Shown one piece after another: positions 41,184 through 57,539 of a stretch of 64,000 nt of DNA. A program made the position numbers and the translations under genes. Each line of letters opens with the position of its first letter. Positions within the stretch are counted from its first letter, which is position 1. The stretch is from the NCBI RefSeq assembly GCF_009914755.1, contig NC_060947.1; one strand, 5' to 3'. The DNA is from the human T2T-CHM13v2.0 reference genome, Homo sapiens. Below the pieces are notes generated by a model that worked only from the letters and a program-made list of their open reading frames with translations, was not told the origin of the DNA and searched no databases.

Positions 41184-43671
41184 CAACTTCAAAAAATCAA
41201 TAAGTCCAGGAACTGCTTTTGTTTTAATTAATAAAATAGACTGATAGCTAGACTAATAAAGAAGAAAAAAGAGAAGAATCAAATAAGCACAATCAGAAAT
41301 GATTAGGAGGATATCACCACTGATCCCACAGAAATACAAACAACTATCAGAGAATACTACAAACACCTCTATGCACATAAACTAGAAATTCTAGAGGAAA
41401 TGAATAAATTCCTGGGAACATACACCCTCCCAAGGCTGAAGCAGGGAGAAATTGAATCCCTGAATAGACCAAAAACAAATTCTGAAATTGAGGCAGTAAT
41501 AAATAGCCTACCAGCCAAAAAAAACAAAACAAAACAAAAAACCTCAGGATCAGACAGATTCACAGCTGAATTCTACCAGATGAGAAAACAATAGCTAGTA
41601 CCATTTCTACTGAAACTATTCCAAAAAAGTTGAAAAGGAGGGACTCCTCCCTAACTCATTCTAAGGCCAGCATCATCCTGATACCAAATCTTGGCAGAGA
41701 TATGATAAATAAAGAACACTTCAGGCCAATAACTTTGATGAACATGGATACAAAAATCTTCAATAAAATGCAGGCCAACCAAATCCAGTAGCACATTAAA
41801 AAGCTTCTCCACCATGATCAAGTTGGCTTCATCCCTGGGAGGCAAGGTTGGTTCAACATATGCAAATCAATAAATGTGATTTGTGAAATAAACAGAACTA
41901 AAGACTAAAACCACATGATTATCTCAATAGATTTGAAGAAGACTTTGATAAAATTCAACATCCCTTCATGTTATAAACTCTCAATAAATTAGATATTGAA
42001 GGAACATACCTCAAAATAATAAGAGCCATATATGATAAACTCACAACCAATATCATACTGAATGGGCAAAAGCAGGATGCATTCACCTTGAAAACCAGCA
42101 CAAGACACGGATGCACTCTCTCATCACTCCTATTCAACACAGTACTGGAAGTTCTGGTCAGGGAAATCAGGCAAGAGAAAGAAAGTAAAGAGAATTCAAA
42201 TAGGAAGAGAGGAAGTCGAATTACCTTTGTTTGCAGATGACATGATCCTATATCTAGAAAACCCCATTGTCTCAGCCCAGAAGCTTCTTAAGCTGATAAG
42301 CAACTTCAGCAAAGTCTCAGGATACAGAATCAATGTGCAAAAGTCACTAGCATTCTTACACACCAACAAAAGGCAAGCAGAGAGCCAAATCATGAATGAA
42401 CTCCCATTCAAAATCACTACAAAAAGAATAAAATACCTAGAAATACAGCTACAAACCACTGCTCAGAGAAATCAGAGAGCACAAAACGAATGGAAGAACA
42501 TTCCATGCTCATAGATAGGAACAATCAATATCATGAAAATAGCCACATTGCCCAATGTAATTTATATATTCAATGCTATTCCCATTAAACTACCATTGAC
42601 ATTCTTCACATAATTAGAAAAAACTATTTTAAAATTCATATGTGAACGAAAAAAGAGCCTGAATAGCCAAGACAATCCTAAGCAAAAAGTACAAAGCTGG
42701 AGGCATCAAGCTACCCAACTTCAAGCTATACTACAAGGCTACAGTAACCAAAACAGCACAGTACTGGTACAAGAACAGAAACGTAGACTAGCGGAACAGA
42801 ATAGAGAACTCAGAAATAAGATGGCACACCTACAACCATCTAATCTTCAACAAGCCTGACAAAAGCAATGGGGAAAGGATTCCCCATTTAAAAAATGGTA
42901 CTGGGAGAACTGGCTAGCCCATATACAGAAAATTTAAGCTGGACCCATTCCTTACACCATATACAAAAATTAACTCAAGATGGATTAAAGACTTAAATGA
43001 AAAACCCAAAACTATAAAAACCGTAGAAGAAAATCTAGGCAATACCATTCAGGACATAGGCATGGGCAAATATTTCATGACAAAAACACCAAAAGCAATT
43101 GCAAGAACAGCAAAAACTGACAAATAGGATCTAATACACCTAAAGAGCTCCTGCACATCAAAAGAAACTATAATCAGACAACTCATAGAATGGGGTAAAA
43201 TTTTTGTAATCTATCCATCTGACAAGATCTAATATCCAGAATCTATGAGGAACTTAAACAAATTTACAAGAAATAAACAACCCCATTAAAAAGTAGACAA
43301 AGGACATGAACAGACACTTCTCAAAAGAAGACATTAGTGCAGCCAACAAACATGAAAAAAGCTCAACATCACTGACCATTAGAGAAATGCAAATCAAAAC
43401 CACAATGAGATACTATCTCACATCCATTCAGAATAGCTGTTATTAAAAAGTTATAAAACAACAGATGCTGGTGAGGTTGTGGAGAAAAAGGAATGCTTTT
43501 ACATCGTTGGTGCAAGTGTAAATTAGTTCAACCAATGTGGAAGACAGTGTGGTGATTCCTCAAAGGCTTAGAGGCAGAACTACCATTTGACCCAGCAGTC
43601 CCATTACTGGGTATATACCCAAAGGTATATACCCAAAGGTATATAAATTATTCTGTTATAAAGATACATGC

Positions 43672-43965
43672 GACCGGGCGCAGTGGCTCACGCCTGTAAT
43701 CCCAGCACTTTGGGACACCGAGTCAAGTAGATAACCTGAGGTCAGGAGTTCCAGACCAGCCTGACCAATATGGTGAAATCCCGTCTCTACTAAAAATACA
43801 AAAATTAGCTGGGCGTGGTGGCACGCATCTGTAACCCCAGCTACTCAGGAGGCTGAGGAGGAAGACTCACTTGAACCCCAGAGGCAGAGGTTGCAGTGAG
43901 CCAAGATCAGGCCACTGCACTCCAGCCTGGACAACAGAGGGAGACCTTGTCTCAAAAAAAAAAAA
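43672..43965 (+). mobile_element. AluS
   Basis: TSD AAAGATACATGC (43660-43671) / AAAGATACCTGC (43966-43977). Confidence 0.95.
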
Positions 43966-44710
43966 AAAGATACCTGCATGCGTATGTTTATTGCAGCAAT
44001 ATTCACAATAACAAAGACATGAAATCAACCTAAATACCCATCAGTTACAGAATGGATAAAGAAAATATGGTACATATACACCACGGAATACTATGTGGCC
44101 ATAAAAAGGAACAAGGTCATGTCTTTTGCAAGGACATGGATGGAGTTGGAAGCTATTATCCTCAGCAAACTAATGCAGGAACTGAAAACCAAACACCACA
44201 TGTTCTCACTTATAAGGGGAGCTGAATGATGCGAACACATGGACACCTGGCGGGGAATAACATACACTGCAACATGTCAGAGGGCGTGTGTGGGAAGGGA
44301 CAGCATCCAGAAGAATAGCTAAGGGATGCTGGGCTTAATACCTAGATGATGGGATGATCTGTGCAGCAAACCACCATGGCACACCTTGACCTATAACAAA
44401 CCTGCATATCATGCACATGTACCCCTGAACTTAAAATAAAATTTGAAAAAAAGAAAAAGGGAGACCATTGAATGACGGCACCAAGGCTAGGATTGTAAAT
44501 ATGCATATGAGCACGGCTCGTTGGGGTGGGGCAAAGAAAGGCTGAGTCCTTAACTCCCTTCAGAAAATTGCAATCCATTGACAGTGAAATGTGGTATCAG
44601 GAGGCAGCTTCTCCCCAATCAGGCTTGCTTATAACCGGGCCTGAAGGATCACACATAGGATTTTTACCTGGAGCTGGACTCCTCAATAAATAATAACAAA
44701 TTGGCAAAAC

Positions 44711-46580
44711 AAATTCAGCCACTATTATTTTTTGTTATTACTTGAATAATATTTCACTGCCATTATCTCTCTCCTCTCTTTCTGGAACTCTGATGATAGA
44801 AATGATCTGTTTTGCTATTGTCTCATCAGTCCCTGGGACTCTGTTCATATTTTTTTTCAATCTATTTTTTCTTTGTTGTTTAGACTGCATAAATTCTACT
44901 GATCTTATTCTAGTTCATTTATTTTGTTTTTTATCTTCTGTACTACTGAGCCATTGAGCAAGTTTTTCATTTTGATTATTTTAATTTTATATCTATGATT
45001 TCTAGTTATTTATCTCTTATAGCTTTATTTCTTTGGTGAAAAACAGAAAATTAATTTCTTTCCATTTTTCATTATTTAAAATCATTCATAATTTCTTGTT
45101 GAAACATTTTTATGATAGCTGCTTTAAAAACTTTGTCAGATAATTCCAATACTTAATTTCTCTTGGTGTTGACATCTATTGCTTTTTCTTGATTATGTTT
45201 GATTTTCCTGGTTTGTGTTATAACAGATAATTTTTATTGTATCCTGGACATTCTGGATATGATATTATGAAACTATGCATCCTATTTAATCTTCTTTATT
45301 TTAACAGACAGTCCATCTGTTTAGGTGTAGCTGCCATGACAGCTGGGGTGAATGTCCTGCCAACACCACCCAGGCAAAAGTGGGCCACTTACTCACACTG
45401 CCTCATGGAAGATGTGCGAATAAAAGCTCCTCCTCAGCCCCCACAGATAACTTCCTAGTGAAAGTGGGACACTGACAGGTGGGTATAGCGACTCAGCTTC
45501 CTACAGGACCACTTTGACATCTTCAGTGAAGGAACAGAAGAGCTGTCTAGCCTTCCTTAATACCACATCATTCAGTCTCATTATTGCTGGGCAAGTTTAG
45601 AGGTTCAGCTCTGCACTGGCCTTGTCGACACCACGGGTAGGCAGAAAGTGAGTGCTTAGTAGTCCTGACTAGCACTGCCTTATTCAGTCTTATTTATCTC
45701 AGGTGGGAGTGAAAGTGTAGCTCCTCACTGGGCCCTGTGACATGGAGAGGGTGGTGGGTAGTGAAGCCTACTGGTGGCAAGCACCAGCCCCGACCACCTC
45801 ATTAAGTCTTATTGCTGCTAGGTAAAACTCAAGGTTTAGCTCACCACTGAATACCACTGAAGTGACTCTAGTGGGGAAGTCTGAACATTACGTGCTCCTG
45901 CCAGGCGGGGAATGGAAGTTCCTCTCTCACATCCCAGCACAACCAATAGTATTCCAGTAAGGGAATCAGAGCACTACATGCTTCTACCATGCAGAGGGTA
46001 GAAGATCAGCAGCCTGCTTGGTCCAATTAATACTACTTTTACAGGGGAATCAGATAACTGCTGCCTGCTACTACTGGGCAGGGGATGGAAGATTAGATCC
46101 CCATTCAGCTTACTGACAGTGCAGAAATTAGAGTGCTAGTCACTTGCACCAAACGGAATATCACCGAAACGATGGTGGAGTGAGGTGTTGTTTCTCCGTT
46201 GTTGTTTGTCTTGTATAGCATAGGTATTGATAAAAAGGTTTTCTGATGGTAGGCCACACTTTTCCTGATCGTTTGGCTTGGTGGGAAGGGGAGACTGGCT
46301 TTTCTTGGAACTTATTTTGTCTTTGCCTGTTGGCAGTTCTGGATAGAAGGATTCTGCCTTACTCTGTCCAGGATATATAGGAAGTAATAAGGAAATTCAG
46401 GAAACTCACCACTGTGTATTTCCTCAAGTAACAAATTACCTAGGCTGTCAACCTGTTTCTTTCAATGTTTCAGAGTCTTCCTATGCCTGTTTATATTGTT
46501 AGATCTAGGTTATTTAGTTGTGAGTGGAGGACCTAGAAGGAATGGGGCTATTCCATCTTGACAGAACCAGAAGTCACCCA
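44711..46580 (-). mobile_element. Old L1M ORF1/5' region remnant, antisense
   Basis: Resumes the host of 37320 ('ttcagccactatt'). Similar sequence recurs at 52670-53790 ('ttgtcagataattc'). Highly diverged. Confidence 0.55.
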
Positions 46581-46637
46581 AAAGATTATTTTGACAAGGC
46601 AATATTTTTATTATAACTTATTAGCATTTTAAAATAG

Positions 46638-48854
<2,217 letters not shown>

Positions 48855-50870
48855 TGAGTGAATATTTTTGATTTCTCATTTTGCAAACAATTATACTTGG
48901 TTATTTTGTGCTCTACTTTAATTTTTTGTAGAGTAGTATTTTAAACCAAACATATAGACTGAAGATAGAATAATCTAGGAACTTATGCAGATATATTTGT
49001 AAAATGCAGATAAATTATTGTGAGAAACATAACCAAAGAAATACAATCCATTGGTGTTAAGCACTCAAAATTGTCATTTTTGGAATGTTGATATAATTCA
49101 AAATATTCAGGAACTTTTAAACATTGTCTTCAGTAATTTGAACTGGCATGACTTTTAAAATGTCTATTTTATAGCTATTCTTTTTTTTAAGTTAACCAAA
49201 AACAGTGTTAGCTAGTTGGAGCATCAAATTTACTGGGTAGACATGGTTTCAAATGAGTTTTGACTACCAAAGATAATCTTAAAGACTACCTTAAAGAGTA
49301 TTCAATCTTGAGGATATTTTGGTATTTTATACTACGAATGCTACACAACTTGCATAACAGCTTTACTACACATTTGCATAATTTACAATGATTTTTGATA
49401 AATTTTCTCACTTGAGTCTCATGACAATTCTAAGAGATGGGAATCCCCATATCTCCAATGAAAATTGCAAGGATTACTGGGGTTATGTAATTTACCCAAT
49501 ATTATAGAGCCCTAAACTTGAAATTAGACATAAGTTCCAACTCTTCTCACCCTTAATTTAGCTCTCTCTCTAAGTATATCACATTGCTTTGCAATTCTAC
49601 ATGTTCTGGTGAAATTGTGATTTTTTTATACAAAATTTATTTTCATATAAGTTATAAGAATGCAATTTATGCAGCTAGCTCTATGAGATAATTTTGATGA
49701 GGACATATACTTCAATGAAAATTAAGAAGTTTTGCTACTAAAACCATCCTTAATTTTGCCTTTTGAATTTACACATTCAGATTAATAGCTAGGCAGATGT
49801 AAAGCCATAAATCTTTATTTCCAAATTGCCAGACATCTGGTACCCTAAGAGTCATCGTATTAGAACAACCAATCATTGATACCAATTTAAAAATCTAGAC
49901 ACGGTCAAAGGCAAATAAGTAGTAATGCACCCCTTCTCATAATGGCCATAATCTGCCATGAAATAAAACAAAAATAAGATTGTTTTGTTGAAAATTAAAA
50001 GTAGCCAAATGTTAATGGAAAAGAGCTTGGTAATTATGCCTTCATATAGGATTTTTGCAAAATTATTTGCCTGGAAAGCAAGAAAATGCTGTAAAATTTT
50101 CATTATCAACCAGTTTCTATTTCTTCTATCAGATTGCAAATCTCATAAAAATTGGATTAATTTATAATTGAATGATATGGGACATTTTGTCTAATGAGAA
50201 AAGATGTGCTGCTTCATACAAGCTTAGAAATAATATATTGTTCTGAAAATACGGTTTCTGACTTAGGAGACATATTGTGAATTTTCATGAAGTCAGGGAG
50301 AGAGGAAAAGTTGTCATAAAACGTGATCCATTAGAATTTCCAGGGATCAGACTATACTTTCCTACTAACAACCCTTTTTAAATATGGATGTCGTGTATTT
50401 TCATATTATATGTACAATTCTTGTGCTTCTTACCTATGAATATGTGAAACTTTTTCTATTTTGAATTCAGAGTTCATGTTCTATTTTACTTCCATTCAAA
50501 AAGTATACTGTATACCCACTGCATATAAAAATGGAATGAAAATAAAACATGCTCAAAAGCAGATAAGAATTCTACCCTTGGAAGTGAGTGAGTGGTTGAT
50601 TTGGAAAAGATTCCATAGAGGAAGATACATTTCAATAGAGTCTTGATGAGTTAAAATGGTGCTTGAGTGACAGATAAACAAGAGAAGCAAGACCATGTTT
50701 TTTGATGTCTTAGCTAAAACATAAATCGTGCTAAGAGTATGGTTAGAAATAGAGAGGTAAAGCTAGATTGAGGTCATCCTGTAAATGACTTGACGACCAT
50801 GCAAGGTACTTCAGTCTTTATGCTCTAGTAAGTCACAGTAGAGACTTCTTATTTATTTAAAATATTTTTA

Positions 50871-51186
50871 GGCCAGGCGTGGTGGCTCATACTTGTATTC
50901 TCAGTGCTTTGTGAGGCTGAGGTGGGAGAATTTCTTAAGGCCAGGAGTTTGAGACCAGCCTGGGTAACATAGCAAGACCCTGCCTCTACAAAACAATTAG
51001 CTGGGCATGGTGCTAAAAAAATTAGTTGGGCATGGTGCATGCCTGTAGTCCTTGCTACTCAGGAGGCTGAGGTGGGAGGATTGTCTGAGCCCAAGAGTTC
51101 AAGGTTACAGTGAGCTATGATCATGCCACTGCACTCCAGCCTGGGTAACAGAGCAAGACCCTGTCTCTCTAAAAAATAAAATAAAA
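50871..51186 (+). mobile_element. AluJ
   Basis: GGCCAGGCGTGGTGGCTCA start and J-type 'ggccaggagtttgagaccagcctgggtaacatagcaagaccc'. Small internal duplication near 51000-51040. Short TSD AAAATATTT. Confidence 0.9.
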
Positions 51187-51589
51187 TATTTAAAAGATGT
51201 TTACTAAAGTAATACATACGAGTTAATAATCAAATGGTTTATAAGGACTTACAATGAAAAAACCATAGTCCTCTGCCCCATCCTTATGCACTTCCTTTTT
51301 ACCTCATTTAAGCTGATTGTATTAGTAGATTTGTTAATTTAGGGCACTATCCAAGGACTTTTTGTCATGGCATAAGAGTATTTAGCTAATTTACATCATA
51401 CCTCTACTGCTTCATTCATTTCCCCCATGTCATTATTTTTTTTTTTATTTTCAGCCCCTTTATTGCTTACCATTGTAACTTTAAGGAATATATTTAGATG
51501 ATTTTTTCCATCAACTATGTAAAGTATCCCTTAACTCTCCACCACATAAAATGAGTATATCAGCCTTCTGTTTTACCCCTTTAGTTTTC

Positions 51590-53790
51590 TTCCCCTTTGA
51601 AGTCTACTTTATCTGATGTTAATATAGTTACTCCTGTAAAAAATATATTTGCACAGTATATATTTTCCATCCTTTTACTTTCAACCTATATCATTATATT
51701 TGAAGTGAGTTTCCTGTAAACAACATATAGTTGGGTCATGTTTTTAAATCCACTCTGCACTCTTTTGTGTACTTAGACCATTTATATTTGAGATAATTAC
51801 TGACGTGTTGGAGCTTAAGTGTGCCATTTTATTTTTCTCTGTTGTTTTTCATCCATTTTCTTTTTTCTGCCTTTCTATGGGTTATGTGAGTAGTTTTTAG
51901 AGTCTCATTTTACCTACAGTGTTTTTGAGTATATCTGTTTTATAGTTTTTTAGTGGTTACTCTAGGTATTATATTATATAAACATAACTTATCATAGTCT
52001 ACTAGTGTCATTATTTTATCAGTTCAAGTGAAGTTTAGAAAGCTTACCTTTCTTTACATGACTTTACTTACCCCATTTATACTCCCTAGTCATATATATC
52101 ATCTACATATATTGAAAACCACATCAGACAATGTTATAATTTTTGCTGAAACCGTAAAACATAATTTAAAAAACTCAAGCAGAGAAAGTCTATATTGTAT
52201 TTATTCATATTTTTGCTTCCTATGTTCTTTCTTCCTAATGTTTCATTATTCCTCCTTTTATGATTTCTTTTCTATGTAGAGAACTTCCTTTACCCATTTT
52301 TTATGATATTTCTGCTGGCAGAATTTCTTAGTTCTTCTTCATCTGAGGATATCTTGATTTATCTGTCATTCTTAGAGAATATTTTTGCTGAATATAGAAT
52401 CCTAGGTGGACAGTACTTTTTTTTTTTCAACACTTGAAAAATGTGCCATTTCTTTCCATGGCTTCCTGCTTTTTGCCTTTTTTAGTATTTTTTTTATTTT
52501 GGTAAAATGTACATAACAAAATTACCATTTTACATGTAAAATGTAGTGGCATTAAGTATGTTCACAATGTTGTACAACCATCTGCACTATCCCTTTCCAG
52601 AACTTACCCATTAGGCAAAACTCCCCATTTTCCCTTCCCCCAGCCCCTGGTAACCACTATTTAACTTTTATCCTTGTCAGATAATTCTAATATTTCTGTA
52701 ATCATGTTGGCCTCTGTTGATCATCTTCTTTCATTCAGTTTGAAACTTTCCTGGTTATTAGTCTGACAAGTGAATTTCAGTTGAAACTTAGATGTTGGGG
52801 GTATTATGTTATGAACCTTTGTATCTTATATAAACCTTCTTTTAATTGTCTTTCTGTAATACAGATCCAGCAAGAGAAGCAAGGGCACTGCCTTCTTTCA
52901 GCCAGGTGTGGTAAATGTCCAGGCTCCCCACTCAGCCTTCATTGACACCTAAGGTGGGGCTTTTCATTACTGCTGAGTTATATGAACTACAGTTGGAGGT
53001 CTGACTTTCCTACAGGCTTCCACAAATACCTCCCTGGCTAGGATGGGTAAGAGTGATTCATTACTTAAGGTCACTATTTGGTTTCTGCTGACATCATGGG
53101 GTGGGAGGTGGCCTAATTACTGCTTGGCAGTGGTCAAAGTCTTAACTCTCCACAGGGACTCCTCTGACGCCATCCCAGTGGAGAAGGGGGCACTCCATTG
53201 CTGCTGGATGGAGGTAGAAGTCCAGGTTCCATTGACACTGCAGATGAGTAGGTGGCTAATTACTGCCTGGCAAAAAATCAAAGTCCCAGCTCCTACTTGT
53301 CCTTCTCTGACTCTGTCCACCATGGTGGTGGTGTTTGGGTGCCTTGATATGGCCTTGCAAAGGTGGAAGTCTAGGCTCCCTACTTTGCCTTTGCTGGCAT
53401 GGGTGGGAGTAGGGCCACAGTTTTTTCTGTGGTTGGAGTGGAGTGGTTATTGTCTGAACATTTCCTATCTTTCTCAGCTGCCCCTTTCCTGATTACTTTG
53501 ATAGAGAGAGCAGGCTTTTCTCAGGCCCTTTTTGTCTGCATCTTTGGCATTTCCAGGTTTCTGGCTTCTTCAGCTCAAAGTCTAATATATATGAGGCAAA
53601 AAATAAAAAACCTGAAGAACTCACCACAATGTTATTCCTTGGTTCTGAGTTAACTTCTTGGTCTGCTTTCTTCTCTCCACCTTTCGTTCTTCTTATGTTA
53701 TACATATATATAATGTCCAGGGTTTTTAGGTGTACTTAACAGAAGGAATAGGGAAAGGTATGTCTACTGCAACTTTATAAAAGTGGACCT
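51590..53790 (-). mobile_element. Old L1ME/L1M remnants
   Basis: Similar to the antisense L1M at 13750-14750 ('ttttactttcaacctat', 'aacatatagttgg'). Confidence 0.6.
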
Positions 53791-53809
53791 CCTTATATAA
53801 TTAAAAAAA

Positions 53810-54229
53810 ATAAGTCATATCATGTTTCTGACCTGCTTACAATCCTCAATGGCTTGTCACTGCACTTTAAGATAGTTATCACATAGATTACAACGCTGTT
53901 TTCTCTAACTTCAGCCTACTTCTCTAGCCTCTTTTTATGCCCTTTGCCCATTCACTGTTTCAGCCACACTGATTTCCTTTCTGTTCCTCAGTCATCTCAA
54001 ATTCTTTATGCCTTAGAGATTTCACACATGCTTTTATTTCTCCCTTGAATGAGCTATTTCTGGTCTTTTCATGCCCATATTCTTCTTATATCCCAAAACT
54101 GTGCCTAAAAGTCAACTACTCAGAGAAGTATTTTCTGATCATCTTAGGGAGTTTCCTCTTTCCTTCACTCCAGTTGTTTTCTATAACTATACCTTGTACA
54201 TTTCATACCAGTGCTTTTCATAATTTGAG

Positions 54230-54295
<66 letters not shown>

Positions 54296-54485
54296 GTTTA
54301 CTAGTATATTTTATGGTTTGTAAGCTCCATAGGGTCAGGAACCATGTCCATTATATTCACTGATTTACCTATGGTGCTTAGCCCAGTACGTGGTGCACAG
54401 TAACCATTTAACATTTGTTGAATGGAGATGAAACATTATACATGGTACACAATAACTGTTTAATAAATGTTTGCTGAATGAATGG
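53810..54485 (+). mobile_element. L2 remnants, including (TA)n at about 54234-54295
   Basis: L2 tail motifs 'aacatttgttgaatg' and 'aataaatgtttgctgaatgaatg'. Confidence 0.55.
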
Positions 54486-54523
54486 AGATAAAACAAAATA
54501 CATAAATTACATTGCCATCTTCT

Positions 54524-55569
54524 TTTTTTAAATTTCAACTTTTATTTTAGATACAGGGGATACATGTGCAGGTTTGTTACATGGGTATATTTCACCTAGG
54601 TAGTGAGCATGCTACCCAATACATAGTATTTCAACCCATGCCTCCTCACCAGTAGTCTGCAGTGTCTATTGTTCCCATGTTTATGTCCATGTGTCCTACT
54701 TATAAGTAAGAACACGCAGTATTTGGTTTTCTGTTCCTGCATTAATTCACTCCAGCTCCATCCATGTTGCTGGAAAGGACATATTTTTTGTGGCTGCATA
54801 GTATTCCATGATGTTTTATGAAAAACATTTTTTTCTTTATTCAATCCACCAATGATGGGCACCAAGGCTGATTCCATGTCTTTGCTGTGTATGGCTTTAT
54901 TTCTGAGTTTTCTATTCTGTTCCATTAGTCTGTGCATCTGTTTTTATACCAGTACTATGCTGTTTTGGTTACTGTAGCATTACAGTATGGTTGGAAGTTG
55001 GGTAGTGTGATGCCTCTAGTTTTGTTCTTTTGGCTTAGGATTGCTTTGGCGATACAGCCTCTTTTTTGATTCCATATGAATTTTAGAATAGCTTTTTCTA
55101 ATTCTGTGAAGAATGATGTTCATAGTTTGATAGGAATAGCATTGAATCTGTAAATTGCTTTGGGTAGTATGGCCATTGATTCTTCCAATCCATGAATGTG
55201 GAATGTTTTTCTGTTTATTTGAGTTGTGTTCTTTCAGCATGGTTTTATAGTTCTCCTTGTAGAGATCTTTCAACTCGTTGGTTAGCTGTATTCCTAGGCA
55301 TCTCATTTTCTTTGTGGCTATTCTAAATGGGATTATGTTCTTGATTTGACTCTCAGCCTGGACATTGTTGGTGTATAGAAATGCTACTGATTTTTGTGCA
55401 TTGATTTTCTATCCTGAAAACTTGCTAAAATAGGTTATCAGTTCTAGTAGCCTTTTGGTGGAGTCTTTAGGGTTTTCTAAGTATAGAATCATATTGCCAG
55501 TGAAGAGAGTTTGACTCCTTCTTTCTTATTTGGATACTTTTCATTTTTTTCTCTTGCCTGATTGCTCTC
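54524..55569 (-). mobile_element. 5'-truncated L1PA16/17-like element with an internal deletion
   Basis: Perfect 14-bp TSD CATTGCCATCTTCT (54510-54523 / 55570-55583). The sequence jumps within ORF2 at about 54888. Confidence 0.88.
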
Positions 55570-56553
55570 CATTGCCATCTTCTAATATAGAGAGATAGAT
55601 GCTTTTTTATTTATTAATTTGGTATGCACTTATATTTTCATACTGTGACATACGCTCATAATACTTTTGTATGTCTCTGTCATTTCACTTGCTACATTAT
55701 ATCAAAAATATATATTTGTATGATTTTTTGGTTTACAGGCTTTGAGGACAGAAATCATGTTTTACTCGTTTTTGTATCGATAGTGCTAAGCACAGGGCCT
55801 ATACAGAGTAGATGATCACTTTGAAAAATCAATAAACGACAGCTTGCATTGTACTATAAAATATTTGAAATAGTTCCTAAGAGTAACTAAACCAAAATAT
55901 TTTCATTACATTACCGAAATAACTGTTTTCTTTCAAAACCAAGAAAATGTCAAAAGCAATGACACACTTACATGCCTCTCTCTCTTTCTGGATACAGTTC
56001 CTGGTCAGTAGGAATAACTGATTTTGTTCCAACTTGGTATGAGCATCCTAAGTTACCCAATCTTCCTAGAAGTAAATAAGACCTATTTGAGGAAAAAAAA
56101 AAACCTATGGAGAAGGGAAACTATCTTTCCCATTCTCCATCTCTCATACACTGTAGTCTATCAATTATTAGCCAAATATTAAACAATTGCTCTCTTACCT
56201 TAAGCACTTTTTCATTAAAATTTTTGATCTGTCTATAGAGATGTACCAGTTAACCTATAAACAGGACCTTTCAACTTATCTAGCATGAATTTTGCCAGTT
56301 TACATTTGCCACTTCCAAGTAGGACTGCTAAATGTTCAGATGAAAATGGATCTATAGTCTTGAATGTGACAGCATTCCCTAAATTTCTGTGTTTTGTAAA
56401 TAATATTAAAGCTCAGAATAAAGGCTTTAGATCAGGGTCTTTCCTTTGTTTCCTATCCTGCAATATCAACACAGGATTTTTATTAATTATGGGTTATCTT
56501 AGGAAGCCCTAATGATTAGGAAAAATGTAGTCTTTTCAAATCTGAAACAGTTG

Positions 56554-56607
56554 CTGCTGCTACTGCTGCTGCTGCTGCTGCTCCTGCTGCTGCTGCTGCT
56601 GCTGCTG
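56554..56607 (+). repeat. Interrupted CTG repeat: (CTG)2 CTA (CTG)6 CTC (CTG)8
   Basis: Read directly from the sequence. Confidence 0.95.
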
Positions 56608-56709
56608 ATTTACTAGGCCACGCTGGACTGGCCTAGTTTATCCACAGGCAGAGGTTCAGCAGATCTGACTCCTTTTGGGCATATTTATGAGCTTCCTAGG
56701 TCAGATCTG

Positions 56710-57246
56710 TGCCAAGTGGTCAAGCAGTACCTATGCAGCACCATGGTGGCAGCTGCTAAGTTGGCTTGTCACACTTCCATAGATTTGGCCAGTAAAGAGA
56801 CAACTCCGAATAGATTGAGAAAGTTTATTATTTACACAGACAGCAGTGCAAAATCAGCATGGTGTTGGCTCCCCATGTCCCTAGTCCCATAGGATAACAC
56901 CAAATCCTAAGGGACAGATGATAGAAGACACGGATGTTGGGTCACTCTGTTGTTGAAGAGCTAACTCTAAACTACAGCTAAACCATTTTTAGTCTGAAAC
57001 TGTATCTGAAGTTTGGGTAAGATGGAAAGTCCCATGCCTCACTGGAACCAGGGTGGCATGACTTTCCACCCCGGAAATGAGAAATTGACTTTGATAGTTC
57101 TTCACTAGACTGTCTTGCCATGTTCCAGGCAGGATTGTAGAGCATTCTGCCAAAACATGTGTCACAACGCAATTGATCTTTGCCTACAGGGCTCATTTGG
57201 AGATGTGTAAGATCCCAGGGTGCCACGGCAAAGCTGTTCCCCTACA
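56710..57246 (-). mobile_element. Possible old LTR remnant
   Basis: GC-richer block ending ..GTTCCCTACA (TGTAGGGAAC on minus), with TTTATT (AATAAA on minus) at about 56824. Family not recognised. Confidence 0.4.
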
Positions 57247-57539
57247 ACTGATGGAGGGGGGATTTCAAAGCCGGTCCAGTTTAAAGAGTGTCATCATACT
57301 ACTAGAAGTGGTAAAATATAATCAGATAAGAGTAGGTGTCATTATTAGTGTCTGGGATTTCATTAGAAAAGATTAATGCAAGTGGTAGTGGGTAAATTGG
57401 AGAAGAATTGTAGTCATTCATTGTGGATCCATCTGAATAAAATATGCACATAGGTAGGCTATGGGGAAAGATAGAAGGAAAATCAACTTGTGAAAAAATT
57501 AATGCCCTATATACCAAGCCTCCCTATTCTGACATCCAC

